This document shows, in pieces, positions 28,083 to 35,994 of a stretch of 39,300 nt of DNA. The stretch comes from Escherichia phage vB_EcoP_F: sequence record NC_047808.1; one strand, given 5' to 3'. Numbering within the stretch: the first letter of the stretch is position 1; the number at the start of each line of letters is the position of its first letter. The notes under the pieces are model-generated. The model was given only the letters and a program-made list of their open reading frames with translations. It was not told the DNA's origin and did not search any database. Both the position numbers and the translations under genes were made by a program.

Positions 28083-29126
28083 ATGGCAAACGTTCCGGGT
28101 CAGAAAATTGGTACAGACCAAGGTAAAGGTGAATCCAGTTCCGACGCGCTGGCGTTGTTCCTGAAGGTCTTTGCTGGTGAAGTCCTGACCGCATTCACTC
28201 GCCGCTCTGTAACCGCTGACAAACATATTGTCCGTACCATTCAGAACGGTAAGTCTGCTCAGTTCCCGGTCATGGGTCGCACCTCTGGTGTGTATCTGGC
28301 TCCAGGTGAGCGACTGTCCGATAAGCGTAAAGGTATTAAACATACCGAGAAAGTGATTACCATTGATGGTCTGCTGACTGCCGATGTGATGATTTTCGAC
28401 ATTGAAGACGCGATGAACCACTATGACGTGGCTGGCGAGTATTCCAACCAGCTAGGTGAAGCTCTGGCTATCGCTGCCGATGGTGCGGTTTTAGCTGAAA
28501 TGGCTATCCTGTGCAACCTCCCGGCTGCATCCAACGAGAACATCGCTGGTCTGGGTACTGCGTCCGTCCTGCAAGTTGGTAAGAAAGCTGACCTCGACAC
28601 CCCGGCTAAACTGGGCGAAGCAATCATCGGTCAACTGACCATTGCTCGTGCGAAGCTGACCTCCAACTACGTTCCTGCTGGCGACCGTTACTTCTACACC
28701 ACGCCGGACAACTACTCTGCAATCCTCGCGGCTCTGATGCCTAACGCTGCTAACTATGCTGCGCTGATTGACCCAGAGACTGGTAACATCCGTAACGTGA
28801 TGGGCTTCGTTGTTGTTGAAGTTCCTCATCTGGCACAGGGTGGTGCTGGTGAGACTCGTGGTGAAGATGGTATCTCTATCTCTTCTGGTCAGAAACACGC
28901 ATTCCCGGCGGCTGCTACTGGAGACGTTAAAGTTGCTATGGACAACGTTGTTGGTCTGTTCTCTCACCGTTCTGCTGTGGGTACTGTGAAGCTGCGTGAC
29001 TTGGCGCTGGAACGTGACCGTGACGTAGATGCTCAGGGCGACCTGATTGTTGGTAAATACGCTATGGGTCACGGTGGTCTGCGTCCTGAAGCGGCTGGCG
29101 CACTGGTTTTCAGCCCAGCGGCGTAG
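28083..29126 (+). CDS. major capsid protein gp10A
   Basis: 347 aa; extensive identity to recalled T7 gp10A (KSAQFPVMGRT, IKHTEKVITIDGLLTADV, YAMGHGGLRPEAAG). Confidence 0.95.
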   Translation: MANVPGQKIGTDQGKGESSSDALALFLKVFAGEVLTAFTRRSVTADKHIVRTIQNGKSAQFPVMGRTSGVYLAPGERLSDKRKGIKHTEKVITIDGLLTADVMIFDIEDAMNHYDVAGEYSNQLGEALAIAADGAVLAEMAILCNLPAASNENIAGLGTASVLQVGKKADLDTPAKLGEAIIGQLTIARAKLTSNYVPAGDRYFYTTPDNYSAILAALMPNAANYAALIDPETGNIRNVMGFVVVEVPHLAQGGAGETRGEDGISISSGQKHAFPAAATGDVKVAMDNVVGLFSHRSAVGTVKLRDLALERDRDVDAQGDLIVGKYAMGHGGLRPEAAGALVFSPAA

Positions 29127-29256
29127 CACCTTTAGCCAACCTAACGTCGCTACAGTAGCGGCTGCACCTGAAGAGGAGACTCTAACTCCTCAACAGAAAG
29201 CTGCGCGTACTCGTGCTGCGAACAGGGCCGCTAAACTGGCTGAGACCAACAACTAA
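29110..29256 (+). other. 10B-like capsid C-terminal extension ORF in the +1 frame relative to 10A (frameshift-dependent)
   Basis: +1 frame open 29047..29256 encodes ..NVATVAAAPEEETLTPQQKAARTRAANRAAKLAETNN, resembling recalled T7 10B tail; slippery GGTTTTC at 29105..29111. Confidence 0.5.
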
Positions 29257-29262
29257 TTGAAA

Positions 29263-29299
29263 CCCCTTGGGTGCCTTCGGGTGCCTGAGGGGTTTTTTT
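29263..29299 (+). terminator. intrinsic terminator (Tphi position): CCCCTTGGGTGCC-UUCG-GGTGCCTGAGGGG + T7
   Basis: 13-bp stem (with G-U pairs), UUCG tetraloop, seven T residues; directly after capsid gene. Confidence 0.8.
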
Positions 29300-29318
29300 G
29301 CTTAAAGTGAGGATGATT

Positions 29319-29408
29319 ATGTTTTACTTACTTACAGCCTTGGGACTATTTGTTAGTTTCTGGGCGATTATATTATTAACCGGACCATGCAGTCCTTACG
29401 ACAGATAG
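29319..29408 (+). CDS. hypothetical small hydrophobic peptide, 29 aa, between terminator and gene 11
   Basis: GAGG RBS; MFYLLTALGLFVSFWAIILLTGPCSPYDR; low certainty. Confidence 0.3.
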   Translation: MFYLLTALGLFVSFWAIILLTGPCSPYDR

Positions 29409-29416
29409 GAGGGAGT

Positions 29417-29983
29417 ATGGCTCAATACATTCCACTGAATGCTAACGATGACTTAGACGCTATCAACGATATGTTAGCTGCTATCGGTGAACCGGCAGTC
29501 CTACAGCTTGACGAGGGGAACGCTGACGTCTCGAACGCCCAACGTATCCTGCATCGTGTCAATCGTCAGGTCCAAGCTAAAGGCTGGAACTTTAACATCA
29601 ATGAAGCTGCTGTCCTGACACCTGATGTCCAAGACAATAGGATTCGATTCTTGCCGTCATACCTTCGTGTAATGACCGCTGGGGCCACCAGCTACTACAG
29701 CAACATGGGTGGATACCTGTACGACCTGTCCACTCAGTCGACCACTTTCACCGACCCTATCACGGTAGAGCTTGTGGAGATGAAGCCATTCTCCGAGATG
29801 CCTGTGGTCTTCAGGGACTACATCGTCACTAAAGCTAGCCGTGAGTTCAACGCTAAGTTCTTCGGTAGCCCAGAGTCTGAACTGTACCTTCGTGAGCAGG
29901 AAGCAGAACTCTATCAGCAGGTCATGGAATACGAGATGGATACTGGTCGCTACAACATGATGTCTGACATCGGGAGAGACTAA
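29417..29983 (+). CDS. tail tubular protein A gp11
   Basis: Start ATG 29417 (GGAGGGAG RBS); AAIGEP, KGWNFNINE, FRDYIVTKASREFNAKFFG, MEYEMD match recalled T7 gp11. Confidence 0.9.
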   Translation: MAQYIPLNANDDLDAINDMLAAIGEPAVLQLDEGNADVSNAQRILHRVNRQVQAKGWNFNINEAAVLTPDVQDNRIRFLPSYLRVMTAGATSYYSNMGGYLYDLSTQSTTFTDPITVELVEMKPFSEMPVVFRDYIVTKASREFNAKFFGSPESELYLREQEAELYQQVMEYEMDTGRYNMMSDIGRD

Positions 29984-30210
29984 TGTCTAGTCACAACCTG
30001 AAGATTCGCCGCCAGCACTTTGGTCCGGTACAGCTAGGTCTAAAGACAGCAGAGCTGAGACTTAACGACCGGGACTTTAAGGTTGGAGATTGGCTTATCC
30101 TGAATGAGTGGGACAACGGGTATACTGGACAACAGGTAGCGCGTAAGGTTGTCCACATTGCTGACGTTGGTGACATCGCTGAAGGATACGTCCTAATGAG
30201 TATAATTTAA
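29983..30210 (+). CDS. small ASCH/PUA-like (DUF3850-like) protein inserted between tail tubular genes
   Basis: 75 aa; pattern LKI..QHFGPVQLGLKTAELRLNDRDFKVGDWLIL resembles DUF3850/ASCH family by motif; ATGA coupling to gene 11. Confidence 0.45.
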   Translation: MSSHNLKIRRQHFGPVQLGLKTAELRLNDRDFKVGDWLILNEWDNGYTGQQVARKVVHIADVGDIAEGYVLMSII

Positions 30211-30219
30211 GGAGGGCCT

Positions 30220-32577
30220 ATGCCACTAATTACTCAATCAATCAAGAACCTTAAAGGTGGCATTAGCCAACAGCCTGATATACTGAGGTTCTCAGACCAA
30301 GGCGAGGCACAGGTTAACTGCTGGTCATCCGAGAGTGATGGCCTCCAGAAGCGCCCACCTACAGTCTTCAAGCGACGTCTTAACATCGACGTTGGGAGCA
30401 ACCCTAAGTTCCACCTGATTAACCGTGACGAGCATGAGCAGTATTACATCGTGTTCAATGGGTCCAACATTCAGGTAGTTGACTTGAGTGGTAATCAATA
30501 CTCAGTGTCAGGTGCGGTAGACTACGTTAAGTCCTCCAACCCACGAGATGACATCCGTGTCGTTACCGTGGCAGACTATACGTTCGTCGTTAACCGTAAG
30601 GTTGTCGTCAAAGGTGGAAGCGAGAAGTCACACTCTGGTTATAACCGCAAAGCACGAGCTTTAATTAACCTGCGTGGTGGACAGTATGGTCGAACCCTTA
30701 AGGTGGGAATCAACGGTGGCGTTAAGGTCTCGCATAAGCTACCAGCAGGTAATGATGCCGAGAATGACCCGCCTAAGGTGGACGCTCAAGCCATTGGTGC
30801 AGCTCTGAGAGACCTTCTTGTTACTGCCTACCCTACCTTCACGTTTGACCTTGGGTCTGGATTCCTGCTAATCACAGCTCCTTCAGGGACCGATATTAAC
30901 TCAGTGGAGACGGAGGATGGCTACGCTAACCAGCTAATAAGCCCAGTCCTAGACACTGTGCAGACAATCTCTAAACTACCTCTTGCCGCTCCTAATGGGT
31001 ATATCATTAAGATTCAAGGTGAGACAAACAGTAGCGCCGATGAATACTACGTGATGTATGACTCCAACACTAAGACGTGGAAGGAGACAGTGGAGCCGGG
31101 AGTTGTCACTGGGTTCGATGTCACCACAATGCCACATGCTCTGGTAAGACAGTCTGACGGCTCCTTTGAGTTCAAGACTCTGGATTGGTCCAAGCGTGGT
31201 TCTGGTAACGATGACACAAACCCTATGCCTAGCTTCGTGGATGCTGCGATTAATGATGTGTTCTTCTACAGGAACAGACTTGGGTTCTTGTCGGGTGAGA
31301 ACGTAATCATGAGCCGTTCAGCCAGCTACTTTTCGTTCTTCCCTAAGAGTGTGGCGACACTGAGTGATGATGACCCTATTGATGTAGCTGTAAGTCACCC
31401 TCGAATCTCAATCCTTAAGTATGCCGTTCCGTTTAGCGAGCAGCTACTACTTTGGTCGGATGAGGTTCAGTTCGTGATGACAAGCTCTGGGGTCCTTACC
31501 TCGAAGTCTATCCAGCTTGATGTAGGCTCAGAGTTTGCCTTAGGCGACAATGCCAGACCGTTCGCTGTAGGACGCTCAGTCTTCTTCTCAGCTCCTCGTG
31601 GGTCATTCACCAGCATTAAGCGATACTTCGCTGTAGCTGATGTGTCTGATGTGAAGGATGCTGATGATACAACCGGTCACGTATTGTCCTACATCCCTAA
31701 CGGGGTGTTTGATATTCAAGGTACAGGGACTGAGAACTACATCTGCGTCAACTCTACAGGTGCATACAACCGTATCTACATCTACAAGTTCTTGTTTAAG
31801 GACGGCGTACAGCTTCAAGCCTCTTGGTCACACTGGGAGTTCCCTAAAGATGATAAGATTCTGGCGTCTGCTTCTATTGGCTCTACCATGTTCATCGTTC
31901 GTCAGCATCAAGGAGGGGTAGACATTGAGCACCTTAAGTTCATCAAGGAGGCAACTGACTTCCCGTCAGAGCCATATAGACTACACATTGACTCCAAGGT
32001 GTCTATGGTAATTCCAATTGGCTCATATAATGCTGACACCTATAAGACTACGGTTGACATTGGTGCTGCTTATGGTGGCAACGCTCCGTCTCCCGGTCGG
32101 TACTATCTGATTGACAGTCAGGGTGCTTATGTGGACCTTGGGGACTTGACCAGTATCTCTACTGTGATTACCCTCAACGGCGATTGGTCAGGACGTACAG
32201 TGTTCATCGGACGGCCCTATCTGATGTCCTACAAGTTCTCACGGTTCCTGATTAAGATTGAAGATGATAGGGGCACTCAGTCTGAAGACACTGGTCGTCT
32301 ACAGCTTCGTCGGGCCTGGGTCAACTACAAGGACACTGGCGCTCTGAGACTCATTGTCAGAAACGGTGAGCGAGAGTTCGTTAACACCTTTAATGGGTAC
32401 ACCCTTGGTCAGCAAACCATAGGGACTACTAACATTGGTGACGGGCAGTATCGCTTCGCTATGAATGGTAACGCATTAACCACGAGTCTAACCTTAGAGT
32501 CCGACTATCCTACCCCAGTGTCCATCGTTGGGTGTGGCTGGGAGGCATCATACGCTAAGAAAGCTCGTTCAGTCTAA
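30220..32577 (+). CDS. tail tubular protein B gp12
   Basis: 785 aa; position and size as T7 gp12; AGGAGGG RBS. Confidence 0.9.
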   Translation: MPLITQSIKNLKGGISQQPDILRFSDQGEAQVNCWSSESDGLQKRPPTVFKRRLNIDVGSNPKFHLINRDEHEQYYIVFNGSNIQVVDLSGNQYSVSGAVDYVKSSNPRDDIRVVTVADYTFVVNRKVVVKGGSEKSHSGYNRKARALINLRGGQYGRTLKVGINGGVKVSHKLPAGNDAENDPPKVDAQAIGAALRDLLVTAYPTFTFDLGSGFLLITAPSGTDINSVETEDGYANQLISPVLDTVQTISKLPLAAPNGYIIKIQGETNSSADEYYVMYDSNTKTWKETVEPGVVTGFDVTTMPHALVRQSDGSFEFKTLDWSKRGSGNDDTNPMPSFVDAAINDVFFYRNRLGFLSGENVIMSRSASYFSFFPKSVATLSDDDPIDVAVSHPRISILKYAVPFSEQLLLWSDEVQFVMTSSGVLTSKSIQLDVGSEFALGDNARPFAVGRSVFFSAPRGSFTSIKRYFAVADVSDVKDADDTTGHVLSYIPNGVFDIQGTGTENYICVNSTGAYNRIYIYKFLFKDGVQLQASWSHWEFPKDDKILASASIGSTMFIVRQHQGGVDIEHLKFIKEATDFPSEPYRLHIDSKVSMVIPIGSYNADTYKTTVDIGAAYGGNAPSPGRYYLIDSQGAYVDLGDLTSISTVITLNGDWSGRTVFIGRPYLMSYKFSRFLIKIEDDRGTQSEDTGRLQLRRAWVNYKDTGALRLIVRNGEREFVNTFNGYTLGQQTIGTTNIGDGQYRFAMNGNALTTSLTLESDYPTPVSIVGCGWEASYAKKARSV

Positions 32578-32584
32578 CTTATTG

Positions 32585-32634
32585 AAGGGCCTATAGATTT
32601 ACCTTAACTATCACTATAGGGACTATAGGCCCTT
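32585..32634 (+). promoter_or_regulatory. perfect 12-bp inverted repeat (AAGGGCCTATAG / CTATAGGCCCTT) enclosing the phi13 promoter; candidate RNase III site R13
   Basis: Arms at 32585..32596 and 32623..32634 seen directly. Confidence 0.4.
32602..32624 (+). promoter_or_regulatory. phage RNA polymerase promoter (phi13 position), CCTTAACTATCACTATAGGGACT
   Basis: Consensus match, GGG start. Confidence 0.75.
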
Positions 32635-32653
32635 AAGGTTATAAGGAGACTTT

Positions 32654-33124
32654 ATGTATATTCGCAAGGCTACGGAACCGGATGTCCACTACTTTCTGTG
32701 GCATCTTTCAGCAGATGATGTTAATGAGTGCAAAGCAAACTATGGGTCAACCGTTGGTCTCTCTGAAAGACTGCTTAAGCACCTATCTCCGTCATCTGTG
32801 GTTTTAACGAACGGTGTAGGCGAAGTGTTTGCCTATGGTGGAAACCAAGGGGATAACGTATGGTTCTTGACTTCCGGTCTGGTCTATAAGCTGAGACCTA
32901 AAGAGAAGCGAGAGTTCATAAAGCGTATCTCTGAGTACAGGGACTTAATGTTAGACCAATACGGGACCATCTGGAACTACGTGTGGTCAGGCAATAAGTC
33001 TCACATTAAATTCTTGAAGTTGCTTGGGGCTAAGTTCCATGATGATTGGACTATCAGCCCGGTAACTGGTGAGCGTTTTCAATTATTCACTATCTCTAAG
33101 GAGGACGTATGTGTGAACCCGTAA
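32654..33124 (+). CDS. internal virion protein gp13
   Basis: 156 aa; NYVWSGNKSHIKFLKLLGAKFHDD resembles recalled T7 gp13; AGGAG RBS. Confidence 0.7.
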   Translation: MYIRKATEPDVHYFLWHLSADDVNECKANYGSTVGLSERLLKHLSPSSVVLTNGVGEVFAYGGNQGDNVWFLTSGLVYKLRPKEKREFIKRISEYRDLMLDQYGTIWNYVWSGNKSHIKFLKLLGAKFHDDWTISPVTGERFQLFTISKEDVCVNP

Positions 33125-33696
33125 GTATCGGCATGGGTATCATGGCTGTAGCCGGGGCCACTATGTCCGCATCCCAGCAGGCCAAGGCCGAAGGTGCAGC
33201 AATTGACGCTCAGAACCGACAGGCTCAGGAAATGGTTAAGCAGATGAACTACTCTGACGCCAACCTGAAGATGCAGGAGCGAGACCTGAAGGAGCAGCAG
33301 ATGGCTGAACTGACAGAGACCACGCTCAACGGTATACGAAATCAGGGTATGGTCAGAGCTGCGGTAGCTGAGTCTGGTTTGGAAGGTAACTCTATGGACA
33401 GGATTGAACGTCAGGTCGAAGGAGATACAGTCAAGGAGCGAGCAGGGATTACCGAAAGTTACAACCGCGACTATGCGGCTATCTTCGGGAACCGTATCGC
33501 CAACATTGAGAACACCAAGTCTGCTATCCGTGGTCAAGGTAAAATCATCAAGACCAGTCCACTGGCCCATGCACTTAATGTTGCTAACGCCGGGATGCAA
33601 GGTTACGCCGCTGGTAAGTCAATCTCTGGAGCGTCAAGCTCTGGTGATGCTGCACCAATTAGTGCTGCTAAAGGCACACCTACAGGTCATAGCTAA
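33109..33696 (+). CDS. internal virion protein gp14
   Basis: 195 aa (T7 gp14 196 aa); SMDRIERQVEG, YNRDYAAIFG, AAKGT motifs. Confidence 0.8.
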   Translation: MCEPVSIGMGIMAVAGATMSASQQAKAEGAAIDAQNRQAQEMVKQMNYSDANLKMQERDLKEQQMAELTETTLNGIRNQGMVRAAVAESGLEGNSMDRIERQVEGDTVKERAGITESYNRDYAAIFGNRIANIENTKSAIRGQGKIIKTSPLAHALNVANAGMQGYAAGKSISGASSSGDAAPISAAKGTPTGHS

Positions 33697-33707
33697 GAGG
33701 AGGACTA

Positions 33708-35990
33708 ATGGCTAGTAATATTGAATCAGCTCTGGCTAATCGGACTATGGGTCGCGGCAGAGCGCCGGGTAAAACTATCGCCGTCAACTATCAAGCAGCC
33801 AACGTTCAGGCTCCGACTGGGGACTCCGGTCTGGCTCGTGCGTTAACCAACTTCGTTGAGTCTGGGACTGGATTGTACAAGCAGTTCAAGGACGAGGAGA
33901 AGACCAGAGCTGACGAGCGGTCTAACGAGATTATCCGTAAACTGACACCTCAGCAAAGACGTGAGGCTATCCAGAACGGCACATTGCTGTATCAGGATGA
34001 CCCTTACGCTATGGAAGCACTTCGAGTCAAGACTGGTCGTAATGCTGCCTTTGCTGTAGACGACGAGATTAACGTTAAGATTCAGAACGGTGAGTTCCGT
34101 ACACGTCAGGACATGGAAGAGTATCGCCACCAGCGACTTCAGGACGCCGCTAAGTCCTATGCTGAAGAGGCGGGTATTAACCCTACAGACGAGTTCTTCC
34201 AGCGTGGGTTCAACGATAACATCACAGACCGCAACATCGCTATCTATGGGTCTTTCAATAAGTATTTCAGCAAGCAGTCTGAAGAGACAGCAATGTTGAA
34301 CACTCGTATTGAGATGAACTCATTCCTGAACGATGGCGACCTGATGCGTTCACCTGAGTCTGGCAAGACATTCATGGCCTACCTTCGTGATGGACTGACT
34401 ACTGCTGCTATCCCCTCGGACCAGCGAGCGCGGGAGGTCATTACCCAGACGGTCCGTGACGCAATCCAGAAGTCAGGCGGCTCAAACTTCCTACAGCAAG
34501 TACGAGGCGAGCGAATCGCCCTTAACGGTGTTGACGCTACCATCGAAGAGATTGTAGGACCTGACGTCTTCAATGCTGCTATGGTTGAGGCCCAAGGTAC
34601 TGAGTATAAACTGGTGGCTAAGTATCAGGAAGACTTGTCGTTAGGCGTTCAGTCTGCGATTCTTCAGGATGACCCAACCATCGGTCTGGCCCAGATTCAG
34701 AAACTCAAGGAGCAGAACAACCTGCTTCAGCCGGGTGAAGAACTAACGCCTCAGCGTCAGATGCTTATTAATGCCGAAGCCAGCTTACTGGAAGCGGTCA
34801 AGCGTAAGTCCGCTGAACAGGCTAAGGAGAACACTAAGTTAATCCAGACCCAGAATAAGCAACTGGTCATTGACCAAGTTTATCAGCGACGTCTGGCTGG
34901 GGACAACGTGTCCACCAACTATGAGGACCTTCCGGTCTCTGAAGCTACAGGAGAGTTCAAGCGTTCAGACATGAACAACTATGCGTCTGCCAAGCTACAG
35001 CAGATTGACCAGATGGACATCCCTGAGGCTGCTAGAGACGCACAGAAGGTGGCATTGTTAAGGGCTGACACTAACAATGGTCCGTTCCGTAATGCCTTCC
35101 AGACGCTGACTCAGGACGCTGCTGGTGAGTGGCAAGCTGCGGTCATCCGTGGGCAGTACGACCCAGACAAGATGCAACGCTTCGAATCTCTTCGTCGTGC
35201 CTACACTCAGGACCCTTCAAGTTTTGCTGCTCTGTATCCTGACCAAGCTCAGTTGTTCTCTACGTTCGACCAGATGGACAAGATGGGTCTGGACCCTCAG
35301 ACGATGATTGAAGCTGATAAGCAAGCTGCAAGTCAAAGCCGTGAGATGCGCATGGAGTCAGACAAGGCGTGGCAGGAGTTGAAGAACGACTCTCGGAATA
35401 AGGACCTTTCGCGTCTTCCTACGTCTCTGGACGCAAGTGCTCGTAAGGTCTGGGACTCATGGTACTATCGTACAGGTAACGCTGACGCTGCAACTCAGCA
35501 GACTCAACGCTGGCTGAATGAGAACACCGTAACGTTCCAGTCTGAAGGTTCTGATGGCAAGTCCATCGGCATGGTGTCCAAGCACCAGCTTATGGTCGGG
35601 GATAACCCAGAGTCGTGGCAGGTTGGTCGAGACATTATCGACACCGCTCGTAAGCAGCTCATTAAGGCCAACCCTTGGGTAGTGAACTCTCAGTTGTCCG
35701 TTGTTGAACAGAACGGCTCTATCTTCCTCCAAGACGCTACAGGGACTATTCGTATTCGCTACGATAAAGAACTTGTAGGTAAACTCTACCGCGAACAACA
35801 GCAGAAGGCACAGGATGCCGCATATGCTCAGGCAGAACGTGACGCTAACAAGCGAGCGCGTATCGTCAGGACTAAAGCTGCTGGTGATAAACGTCGAGCT
35901 GACCGAGAGGCCAACATCGAGAAGCGCGGTGGGATGTACAATGACGTCTCACTGGAGGGTATCGCAAACGTACTAATCGGTAAGGAGTAA
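33708..35990 (+). CDS. internal virion (core) protein gp15
   Basis: 760 aa; position and size as T7 gp15; GAGGAGG RBS. Confidence 0.85.
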   Translation: MASNIESALANRTMGRGRAPGKTIAVNYQAANVQAPTGDSGLARALTNFVESGTGLYKQFKDEEKTRADERSNEIIRKLTPQQRREAIQNGTLLYQDDPYAMEALRVKTGRNAAFAVDDEINVKIQNGEFRTRQDMEEYRHQRLQDAAKSYAEEAGINPTDEFFQRGFNDNITDRNIAIYGSFNKYFSKQSEETAMLNTRIEMNSFLNDGDLMRSPESGKTFMAYLRDGLTTAAIPSDQRAREVITQTVRDAIQKSGGSNFLQQVRGERIALNGVDATIEEIVGPDVFNAAMVEAQGTEYKLVAKYQEDLSLGVQSAILQDDPTIGLAQIQKLKEQNNLLQPGEELTPQRQMLINAEASLLEAVKRKSAEQAKENTKLIQTQNKQLVIDQVYQRRLAGDNVSTNYEDLPVSEATGEFKRSDMNNYASAKLQQIDQMDIPEAARDAQKVALLRADTNNGPFRNAFQTLTQDAAGEWQAAVIRGQYDPDKMQRFESLRRAYTQDPSSFAALYPDQAQLFSTFDQMDKMGLDPQTMIEADKQAASQSREMRMESDKAWQELKNDSRNKDLSRLPTSLDASARKVWDSWYYRTGNADAATQQTQRWLNENTVTFQSEGSDGKSIGMVSKHQLMVGDNPESWQVGRDIIDTARKQLIKANPWVVNSQLSVVEQNGSIFLQDATGTIRIRYDKELVGKLYREQQQKAQDAAYAQAERDANKRARIVRTKAAGDKRRADREANIEKRGGMYNDVSLEGIANVLIGKE

Positions 35991-35994
35991 CATA

